Position numbers and translations under genes: made by a program
The notes under the pieces: model-generated
Told to the model about the DNA's origin: nothing
Seen by the model: only the letters and a program-made list of their open reading frames with translations
Databases searched by the model: none
NCBI GenBank assembly: GCA_951406725.2
Contig: OX597840.1
Location: 15,066,001-15,130,000, forward strand
Length of the DNA: 64,000 nucleotides
Source of the DNA: Octopus vulgaris
Lineage: Eukaryota
Direction of reading: 5' to 3'
Shown: positions 53,260 through 64,000 of the stretch, piece after piece
Position numbering within the stretch: position 1 is the stretch's first letter
How the letters are laid out: each line of letters starts with the position of its first letter

Positions 53260-53310
53260 ATATATATACACACACAAATGCACAGACGTGTGCATGTGTG
53301 TGTGTGTACT
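52920..53310. repeat. (TA)n/(TATG)n microsatellite
   Basis: Seen directly. Confidence 0.9.
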
Positions 53311-53787
53311 TGATTCCCCTGGTTCTCTCTTTATATATAAGTAAATGTAAACAATGAATTTCTTAACAATACACAACATTAAAAATATATTTGCATGAAT
53401 ATTTATAGTAGTTACCATGTCTGGTTGCATATATATATATATATATATATATAATGCTTCTTATTGCTAAGAAATTCCTTGCTCATATATACTTATAAAT
53501 ACAGTGAGAAGTAGAGAGAATTATGCATTTATAGTATAATAATATATGTATATATACCAAAGTAAGCACATGAATGTGAAACAAGGTGGAAAAATATAGT
53601 ACTCAAATACTGGAGGTAGAGTAATATGCTTTATTAATATTAATGTTTTAATATGTAATGTGTGTGTGTGTATGCATGTGTGTATGTGTGTGTAATAAGC
53701 CTATTTATCCACTCTACTCAAGATATTGAGTTCTACACCAGATGAGGTTTGAACTTCATGAAATGTTTTAATGTTTTGCATCTTCTA

Positions 53788-54510
53788 AGGCAGGAAGCTG
53801 GCAGAATTGTTAGCATTCCAAGCGAAATGCTTAGTGGTATTTTGTCTGTCTTTACGGTCTGAGTTCAAATTCCACCACGGTTGACTTTTCCTTTCATCCT
53901 TTCAAGGTGGATAAATTAAGTACCAGTTGCGTACTGGGGTTGATCTAATTGACTGGCCATCTCCCCAAAAATTTCGGGCCTTGTGCATAGGGTAGAAAAG
54001 AATAGAATGGTGGATAAATTAAGTACCAGTTGCGTACTGGGATCAATTTAATCGACTGGCCCCCTCCCCAAAAATTTTGGGTCTTGTGCCTAGAGCATAA
54101 AAGAATTGTTAGCACTCCAGGCAAAATGCTTAGTAGCATTTTGTCCATCTTTACATTCTGAGTTCAAATTCCTCTGAGGCCAGCTTTGCATTTCATCCTT
54201 TCAGAGTAAATAAAATGAATAGCAGTTGATTGCTGGGGTTGATTTAATCATCTTACACCCTCCCCCAAATGATGTTTGCCTTGTACAAAAATTTTGAAAA
54301 CAGGCAGCAAGCTGGCAGACTAGCCTGCATGCCAGACAAAATCCTTGGCAGTGTTTTGTCTGTCTTAACAATCTGATTTCAAATTCCACCAAGGTCAACT
54401 TTGCCTTTCATTCTTTTGGGAACCAATAAAATAAACACCAGTTCAGCACTGGGATCAATGTGATCTTATACCCTTCCTCAAAATATGTTGGCCTTCTTCT
54501 AAAATTTGAA
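53788..54510 (+). mobile_element. Head-to-tail SINE B array with a partial internal duplication
   Basis: Three to four units; GGTGGATAAATTAAGTACCAGTTGCGTACTGGG is duplicated at ~53906 and ~54009. Confidence 0.8.
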
Positions 54511-54537
54511 GCTAATATGTTCTACAATTTTTGTATT

Positions 54538-54586
<49 letters not shown>

Positions 54587-55010
54587 TCATCATTGTAGTT
54601 TAACATCTCTTTTTCCATGCCAACATGGTTTGGATGATTCATTATATAATGAGCTTGATGTCCTTCCTGAAACAAACCATTTTTACAGAGTGTATTGCAT
54701 CCTTTTTTTTATGATACCAGTCACCAATTATTCACAGACTTCCTCATGTTATCCTCGACTTGGGTATAGGCTAGGGCTAGATACAAATGTGGAACTCTTC
54801 TATGCATACAATTAAAAATATTCAACTATGTAACAATTATAAAGAACAACCTTCTTTAATGGTTCTTAAATATAAACTCAGCAACTTAAAACTGGTGTAT
54901 GATGCAGAAACAAATGCTGCAATCTAATATTAAAGTCTGATATCCTCTAACCTCATGTTATATTATCCTTATCTATCTGTCTGTCTATCTATGTGTCTGT
55001 CTGTCAATCA

Positions 55011-55068
<58 letters not shown>

Positions 55069-55081
55069 ATATATATACATT

Positions 55082-55378
55082 CCTTCTTGAGCCACCCTTG
55101 GCTCATAAGGGCCAGTTTCCTGATTTCCTTGGTTGTATAGGTTCCCCACCTGGATGGGATGCCGGTCTGTCGCAGGTGAGCTGCAAGATGCACGGTGAAA
55201 GAGTGAGAGAAAGTTGTGACAAAAGAGTCAGCAAATGTTCGCCATCACCTTCTGCCGGAGCTGAGTGGAGCTTAGTTGTTTTGTTCATAAACACACACAT
55301 CACTCGGTCTGGGATTCAAACTTATGATCCCTCGACTGTAAGTCTGCTGCTCTGACCACTAGGCCATATGCCTCCACT
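55082..55378 (-). mobile_element. SINE family D
   Basis: Homologous to 11728-12026. Confidence 0.85.
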
Positions 55379-55474
55379 ATATATATATATATATATATAT
55401 CAAAGACAAGAAAAAGAAAATTGAGATTGGGAAGTTAATAACTGTTTATTATTAACAACAAATCAATCATCATA

Positions 55475-55554
55475 CCTTACAGCTGTTTCAATTAACACTC
55501 AGTGAATTAATTAAATATTGAATTCATATGCCCTCAGCATAATATCTTCAGAGG
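55475..55554 (-). ncRNA. Type I hammerhead ribozyme motif
   Basis: Minus strand: CCU-CUGAAGA-long imperfect stem II-GAAA-CAGCUG-UA-AGG; stem I CCU/AGG and palindromic ACAGCUGU. Confidence 0.65.
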
Positions 55555-55996
55555 GGAAAAAAATATACTCTTGGATGTTGCATATGTGTTTATGGATTCA
55601 TCATAGCAGACTGAATGATACCTGAGGCTAACATAACCTCTAACTGAATTATATAAAATATATATATATATAATGTACTGTTCCACAATAGAAAATTCAA
55701 CAAAAACAGTGAGAGATAACTTTTTTATCTTTTTTTATTTTTTACTTATAAAATTTTAGTTCTTACTTTTCATTTTCCATTTAGTGTTTTCTGTTTCTTT
55801 AACTTTCCGCGTTTTCTCTCTGCTGTCTTCTCAGCTTTTCCATGTTTCTTCTCTTATTTCAATTTGTTTTTTAGTTCCTTATGACTTGTGGTTTGTGTCT
55901 GATGAATATGTTTGAGGTATTTCTCAACATATGAAACTATTAGTAGCACTCGTTGTGTGTGTGTGTGTGGGGGGGGGGGGCAAACACAGACATACA

Positions 55997-56028
<32 letters not shown>

Positions 56029-56032
<4 letters not shown>

Positions 56033-56737
56033 AATATAAGAGAGCATCCACTATGTGGATACTCTTGCGCTAAAAATAGATCCGCAATGGTCTCAACCAC
56101 CAAGAATTGTTCCCAAGGACGATTCGCACAACCATGAACGTAAGTGAGCAGGACAAATGAAAAATAACAAAAATGTAGATTAATGCTAGACAATTGTTTC
56201 ACTGTTAATAGATTATGCAATTTTACTTACACACTATAAATCCACAGCTCATCAGTAGAATTCGTCATGAATATAATTTGCTGAACTGCACGTCAGATTT
56301 TAACACAAAGTCAAACACACGTGTAGTTCAGCCTATTATATTCGCAGTTATGATTTGAATGCCCTCGTTATAGTGCGCCAAAATTCCCGGAAACAAATTC
56401 TGCATAAATAATTTACTGCAGTATAATTAAAATCAAAAATAAGGGTGAAAAAATTGGATATTAATTTAATAACATCAATTTAACACCAAGTGGTTTAGCG
56501 CATAAAAACTGGGATTCAGTAAGTATTAATACATGGTTGTGCTAATCTTCCTTGGGAACAATTCTTGGTGGTTGAGACCATTGCGGATCTATTTTTAGCG
56601 CAAGAGCATCCACATAGTGGATGCTATCTTATATTTGTGTATTAATACTTACTGAATCCCAGTTTTTATGCGCTAAACCACTTGGTGTTAAATTGATGTT
56701 ATTAAATTAATATCCAATTTTTTCACCCTTATTTTTT
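56029..56737 (-). mobile_element. ORF-less HHR-bearing element (non-autonomous PLE pLTR / retrozyme-like): ~505-bp monomer plus ~200-bp inverted segment, inserted in (TA)n
   Basis: Plus-strand layout A(56029-56136)-X-B(56435-56533)-A'(56532-56637)-B'(56638-56736), where primes are near-perfect reverse complements; X contains the HHR and a 25-bp hairpin. Confidence 0.8.
56186..56258 (-). ncRNA. Type I hammerhead ribozyme, intact catalytic core
   Basis: Minus strand: CUA-CUGAUGA-GCUGU..GGAUU...AAUCU..ACAGU-GAAA-CAAUUG-UC-UAG; predicted GUC cleavage between 56189 and 56188. Confidence 0.85.
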
Positions 56738-56753
56738 ATATATATGCATATAC

Positions 56754-56820
<67 letters not shown>

Positions 56821-57407
56821 CATATATATATACATATATATATATATATGATGAGCTTCTTTCAGTTTCCTTCCACCAAATCCACTCACAAGGCTTTGAT
56901 CGGCCCAAGGCTATAGAAGAAGACACTTGCCTAATGTTCCATACAGTGGGACTGAACCCGGAACCTTGTGGTTTGTAAGCAAGCTACTTACCACACAGCC
57001 ACTCCTGCACCTATATATATATATATATAAACACACACATATATTTACACATATTTATACACACACATACATACACATAAGCGTTTTGCTAAATCATCCA
57101 TAAATTTTTATGGTAAATACATATTTGCTGGCAGTCAGAGTTAGCTGACTATTGGCCATCTGAGCAATCACTACTGACAATACCTGCAGAATAGGTGAAA
57201 CTAGATCTAATCTGGTGATTCTAGAGACAGTCATAGGGTGGTTACCTCCCCTGTTAGTATATGTATATCTTGCGCTCTTCTTACAGCTCTAAGAGTTTTT
57301 TTAACTCTTATTTCTAGCAATGTAGGTGCTTTGGTACCCTTAATCATACTGAGTGATGATTAAATTTTTCCTATACAGTATTGCATGGTACCTGGCTGCT
57401 TATATTA

Positions 57408-57464
<57 letters not shown>

Positions 57465-58369
57465 TCATCATCATTATCGTTTAATGTCTACCTTCCATGC
57501 CGGCATAGGTGGGACAGTTTGATAAGAGCCAGCCAGGCAGGAGCCTGCACCAGACTTCTGTAACTGTTTTGGCAAGAGTTTTACAGCTGGATGCCTTTTC
57601 TAACAGTGAGGACTATATATATATATATGTGTGTGTATATCAATATACACACATATGAATATACACAAATGGCTGTACATGTGTGTATGTGTGTTTGTAT
57701 ATACATACATACATGCATGCATGTATGTAGACACATGTATGTGTGTATGTGAGGCTAACATGCTAGTTGTACCCATGTAATCCACCCTTAAATGCTTGTG
57801 CTTCTTGATTTTGTGGACTTGGCGACTAAACCCTGCCCCTAAAGGGCCTCTAGGCTCACAAATTTGTGTGTGTGTGGTGAGGTGCCTAAGAGAATTAACA
57901 AACAAAATCTGTAAGAGGTAGTTGAAGATTTTGAGTGCCAAAGACACTCCTCTCCTCGACAGGGAGTTGTAATTACCAGGATTAATAAAACCATGGAAAC
58001 ATTCACATGAAATTTCCACCAATACTATTTAGAAAACTGGTGGATAAAGTTTGGAAAGGACTCAAAACTGAGAGGGGTGGAAAAGATTGGTAAAAAATTA
58101 CTTAGGTACCCCAGTAACTGAAATACTGTAAGAAAATGTAATGGCATTATATTTACATGCTGGTGCCACGTAAAAGCACCCAGCACACTCTGTAAAGCAG
58201 TTGGCATTAGGAATAGCATCCAGCCATAGAAACCAAGCTAAAACAGATTGGAACCTGGTGTAATTCTTCAGCTTATTAACTTGAGTCAAACCGTCCATCC
58301 CATTCCAGCAAGGAAAACACATTGAAAGGATAATCATGATCATGATCATATACATATAAATAAATACGC

Positions 58370-58405
<36 letters not shown>

Positions 58406-58456
58406 AGAGGGAGAGAGAGAAAGAGACAGACAGACAGACATATACACAGATAGATA

Positions 58457-58624
58457 GGGCAGGAGTGGTTGTGTGGTAAGTATCATCTTTACCAACCACA
58501 TGGTTCTGGGTTCAGTCCCACTGCATGGCACCTTGGGCAAGCGTCTTCTACTATAGCCTCAGGCTGACCAAAACCTTGTGAGTGGATTTAGTACACAAAA
58601 TCTGAAAGAAGCCCCTCGTATATA

Positions 58625-58679
<55 letters not shown>

Positions 58680-58925
58680 GTATGTATGTTTGTATGTGTG
58701 TGTGCATATGTTTGTGTGTCTGTGTTTGTCCCCCCAACATCACTTGACAACCGATGCTGGTTTGTTCACGTCTTCGTAATTTAGCAGTTCGGCAAAAGAG
58801 ACTGATAGAACGAGTAGTAAGCTTACAAAGAATAAGTCCTGGGAGTCGATTTTTTTGCTCGACTAAAGGCAGTGCTCCAGCATGGCCACAATCAAATGAC
58901 CGAAACAAGTAAAGAGAGTAAAAAA
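58457..58925 (+). mobile_element. SINE family A, full length
   Basis: Similarity to the other copies. Confidence 0.9.
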
Positions 58926-60024
58926 AAAAGAGAGAGATGCATATACACATACATAAATATATATGTGTACATATATTTGTGTGTGTGTATTGATATAGTT
59001 ACATATATATTGGTGCATAAATACATGTGTGTGTGTGTGTGTGTGTATACATGTATAAATGTTTGAATGCAAGTCAGTATATATTTATGTATGTATAAGA
59101 AGAGTGTGGAAGAGATACATGCAAACACATTCCCATACACATACATACACATTCACACACATACACACATGCACACACACATACGCACACATACACATAG
59201 ACATACTCAGTTTTTGTTAGATAAATTGATTGATAGTGAGATAAAATGAATAGATTGCTGTAGTGCCAGATATATTGATAGATTGATAGATACAGTAGTA
59301 TGTCTTTAAATATTTTCCTTTGTGAAACCAGTTTAGACATTTTCCATTCAGAATTTGTGCTTTTATCAGGATTATTCTGTATTAAAATATTGTCTTCGTA
59401 CTTGTTTGAATATTCATAGCTAAAATTTCAATACTTTCGCATTATCCCAAACTTATTTTAAGCTTTCTAATGCCATCTTATGTCTTCATGTCTTCATTAC
59501 CGAGACATTTCTATCAACAGTCCAAGAGAGAGTTATTAGCTTATTGTATTATGTTACAGAAACAGTTATTCTTTTCTTCACATATGGAAGTCAGCAAATG
59601 TAGGACCAAGGGAGTAGCACATAACTAGTACATCTTTGTGCAGTACATCAATAATAGAACTTTTATGTATATTTATGTGCATATAAAAATGTATGTGTTT
59701 TCTACATTCACGTGTGTATATTCTCTGTGTGTTTGTGTATGCATTATCGTTTGTGTCTATGCAAAAATTGAATCTTCTGTTGAGATATGCGAGTCTGTTC
59801 AAGAATAATTAGAAACAACCTGCAATGCCATCGAGATATGTTCAGAAATATTCTCTCTAATCTAGTCAAGGTCGTATTCAGGATTTGCACTTTCTTTGTT
59901 GATGTGGCTTTTGTTAGTTTTTTTTCATCTTTTTTCTGTTTTTTTTCTTCTTCTTTTCTCTTTGTGAATACTGACTGAAGTTTTCAAAACGTAACCGTTA
60001 ATTAGCATATATGAAGTGTTTCTT

Positions 60025-60069
<45 letters not shown>

Positions 60070-61249
60070 GAGAGAGAGAGAGATATGTTTCTTCAAGACC
60101 ACCACCACTGTTATTGATTTCATCATCACCATCACATTCACAACTACCACCACCACCATCACACCACCATCATCACACCACCATCATCACATCACCATCA
60201 TTACCTTCATCATTGTTGTTTATTGCCCCTACCACCAACACCACTACCATTCATGTGTTTACAAAAGTGCCTATATGTGATTGAAGGATATTACTAGCAA
60301 CAACAGCCAAATCTCCCTCAAATCCCACTTTACCATCTTAGGAAAAGGAAAGAATGACACTTTGGCTGATGTAATCTTTGATACACTCTACCAAAAGTAC
60401 TAAATGGAGTACCTCTGGTCAGAGATCTGCTCACTCATGATTGGACCGGGGTTAAACAGCAGTCAGATTTATGATCCAACAAGGCAGCATCTTTGTAATT
60501 GTGTGGGCATTGTCAGTCTTGGAGATTGTGGAAATGCTTATTGGCACTGTCTCCCTCCTAACCAAACACTAATAGACATGCATGTAAGCAGTCTGGCTTA
60601 TTTTATGTTGTCTCAGCTCCCCTTAACTGTCAGCAGGGAATAGGGATCTGATCACAGGAGAATGTTGTGATGAACTGGTGTCCTAACCAGGAAGAGAAAT
60701 TTACCAGGCCTACCTTCCATTTGCCTCATTGTAAGAAGCAGGAGCTAAACTCAGTCACTCATAAAACCATTTTTTGCTGTCAAGGAGATTGTTTATGGGG
60801 GTTTTCTGCTTTTTTCTTTTCATGGATAGGTTACACCAGAAATATTTCTACTAGTCCTATCCATGCCAGCACAAAAAATGGGCACTAAATAAATGATGAT
60901 GATGGTGGTAGTGGTTCTTCTTCTTCTTCTTCTTCTTCCAGACAAATAATTCCTTTTAGCCCTTCTACCCCACTTCTCCTCCATCTTCATCTCCTCCTCC
61001 TCCTCCCCCCCTTCTTCATCGTCGTCATGGAACTATTTTTTTACAATCATCATACTTTTTCATTTATGATTGCCACTCATCTGGCAAAAATAAGATGTAC
61101 CTGTAATTCAAATGGGGCCGGTTTTGTCTCACCCTTTTTGAAGCCGAACTTCCCTTAGATCGATGTAAACGATATACAAATCAGTAGAACCTTCATTGTC
61201 ATAACCAACGGGATATCAGTTAAATTTAATCCCTTAATTGTTTTGGTCC

Positions 61250-61426
61250 ATCAGACAACAGCAATGCTAGGGTACCGCCATCAAGGGCTTTAGTGGACCG
61301 AGTTAACCCCAGTAGTTGTTTTTTAAGTTCAGCACTTCTTTTATTGGTTCTTTTGTTGGACTAGTAAGTTACAGACATAAACAAACCAACACCAGTTGTC
61401 AAATGGTGAAACAGCACAAAGACAAA

Positions 61427-61467
<41 letters not shown>

Positions 61468-62085
61468 CGAGAGAGAGAGGCATGGCTGTGTGGTAAGAAG
61501 CTTGCTTGCCAACTGTATGGTTCCAGGTTCAATCCTACTGCATGGCACCTTTGGCAAGTGTCTTCTACTATAAGCCTTGTGCCGACCAAAGCCTTGTGAG
61601 TGGATTTAATAGATGGAAACTGAAAGAAGCCCATCATATACATATATATATATTCGTTTGTTTGTTTCAATCATTTTGACTGCAACCATGCTGGAGTATC
61701 ACCTTTAGTCGAACAAATCAATTGCAGGACTTATTCTTTGTAAGCCTAGTACTTATTCTATTGGTCTCTTTTGCTGAACTGCTAAGTTACGGGGATGTAA
61801 GCACATCAACATTGGCTGTCAAGTAATGGTGGGCAACAAACATAGGCCCAAATATATAAAAGCAATAATTTGGCTGGCTCCTGTGCCAGTTGCACGTAAA
61901 AAGCAGCCGCTACACTCTTGGAGTGGTTGGCGTTAGATAGTGTATCCAGCTGTGGAAACATTGCCAGATCAGATTGGAGCGTGGTGCAGCTGCTGGCTTG
62001 CCAATCCTCCAGTCAAACCACCCAAACCATGCCAGCATGGAAAACGGACATTAAACAATGATGATGACGATGATGATGATGATTG
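61250..62085. mobile_element. Cluster of SINE A halves in alternating orientation, followed by an RTE-tail element
   Basis: ~61250-61430(-), ~61479-61640(+), ~61655-61850(-); RTE tail ~61875-62085(+). Confidence 0.75.
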
Positions 62086-62149
62086 TAAAAATCTCAAGAA
62101 GAGATCAGAGTAGTAACTATACTAACAAGTAAAGTTAACCGCCACATCT

Positions 62150-62462
62150 AAGTGGCTGTTCTATGTTACTACTAGTTTAACCCCCCAGGCAGATCTTCAG
62201 TGACCGATTGTCGCTTTATTTACAATATATTGCTGGCTGGAAAGACCCTGGGTCTAGTGACCGGGTGCTCTCAATAGAGGATGAGCAAACCAGCTCAAAA
62301 CTGAGTCAGCCTCGTGATCTTACTGTTTGCAAGAGGATTACAGGTGTTCACTCCCTCTGCTAGCAATATATTTTGTACATAAAGGGTGCAGCATTGCACC
62401 CATAACCAGCTGGTGGAAAACCTACCTGGGGTTAAACTAGTAGTAACATAAAATAGATACTT
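62150..62462. mobile_element. MITE/foldback element with long TIRs
   Basis: TATGTTACTACTAGTTTAACCCC (from 62162) / GGGGTTAAACTAGTAGTAACATA (to 62450) is a perfect 23-bp match, extending imperfectly outwards; an inner pair ATATATTGCTGGC / GCTAGCAATATAT is also present. Confidence 0.75.
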
Positions 62463-62749
62463 TAAAGATTGACTTTAATTGATTTTAATAGAGATTTGGC
62501 TGCTATTTGTTTGTGTTAGTGTGACTGCCCTTCCAGGCCTAGATAGAGTGCCAAGGTGAAATAAACATTTCTAAACATTACGAAGAACTGTAAATGAAAT
62601 AATAAATGAGAGAGAGAGAGAAATATTAATCACTTCGTTATGTTTGCATGCAAATACAACTTTGTTATGGTTGTCCAATGATTAATGTGAATATCCGCAC
62701 CAAGATATCAGCATGAAACCGCTATATCGATTGCTCTATCTGGCTGACT

Positions 62750-62795
62750 ATATATATATATAAACACTTATGTGTATGTGTATGTAATATATATG

Positions 62796-62838
<43 letters not shown>

Positions 62839-63667
62839 ATATATACGTTATGTGTATGTAATGTATGTATGTATGTATATATATACGTTATGTGTATGTA
62901 ATATATGTATGTATGTATATATATACGTTATGTGTATGTAATATATATATGTATATGTATGTATGTATGTATATATATTCATGTTATGTGTATGTAATAT
63001 ATAATGTATATCATCATCATCATCATTTAACGTCCGCTGTATATATATATATACATACACATATATACATATATATATGTATGTATGTATGTATATATAT
63101 GTGTGTGTGTGTGTGTGTGTATATATATACGCGCACACAGAGACACACAGACATACACATAACATATGTATGTATGCATGCATACATATATCTATATATA
63201 TATATATACACGTGCACAGACACACACACACACCCACATATATATATGAATTTATGTAGCTACATCTATAAGTGTAGATCTATATAGGTTTATGTGCACT
63301 TATATATACATACCTGTATACATTTAGCTGTATCTATGTGTGTAAATGTATATAAGTCTACATGCATTTATACATACATATTCATATACATCTAACTATA
63401 GGTAAATGTGTACTTGCATATAGATCTATATACATCTGCAGCACATACCAATATACATTTACCTATATGTTTACAGGTGTATATACACCTATGTACACCT
63501 GTACAAACATACCTATAGATTTTACTTACATATACTTATATACATAGACTTGCTTACTTACACTTTATACATTGACTTTTATACACCTATATACATCTAT
63601 ACACATTTACCTATTATTTAGAATTATACAGATGTACCTATACACCCTGACTTATCTTAAATATACA

Positions 63668-63700
<33 letters not shown>

Positions 63701-63758
63701 TTATACATATACTCACCTTTATATATACATATAATATAACTATTTATAAGCTTCTCTT

Positions 63759-63795
<37 letters not shown>

Positions 63796-63800
63796 TTATA
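62750..63800. repeat. Compound TA/TG/TATG microsatellites and degenerate TATACA-type repeats
   Basis: Seen directly. Confidence 0.85.
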
Positions 63801-64000
63801 CACATACACACGTAGTTATAGCCATGTGAGTGGATTTGGTAGACGGTAACTGAAAGAAACCTGTTATGTATGTGTGTGTGTATGCATACTCACGTATGTG
63901 TGCATGTATGTGTGTATATATGTGTGTTGTTGGTAAAAGAAACTGATTAGATAGGTACCGGGCTTAAATATGAATATTAGGGTACGATTTGCTCAATGAC

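Noticed and set aside
3600-63547. Numerous [20 protein letters not shown] ORFs and recurring SINE-derived ORFs (e.g. [21 protein letters not shown])
   Set aside because: Translations of microsatellites and SINEs, not genes.

Overview
AT-rich, microsatellite-saturated eukaryotic DNA. The SINE families and simple-repeat content point to a cephalopod, probably Octopus (inference). I recognise no host protein-coding gene. The only long genuine ORF is a 5'-truncated but stop-free Penelope-like (Neptune-type) RT + GIY-YIG retroelement at 64-1635 (-). The rest is nested mobile DNA: at least four tRNA-derived SINE families, RTE and R4/Dong LINE fragments, a decayed Ty1/copia RT-RNaseH, a DD37D Tc1/mariner relic, and hAT and other MITEs. 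The most notable signal is a set of type I hammerhead ribozyme (HHR) motifs from several unrelated ORF-less families. The best one (56186-56258, -) has a fully intact core and lies in a ~505-bp circularly permuted, partly inverted unit resembling a retrozyme or non-autonomous Penelope pLTR. A few small unique islands with good minus-strand splice sites may be exons of a long spliced transcript. Repeat boundaries were read by eye and are approximate unless termini are quoted.
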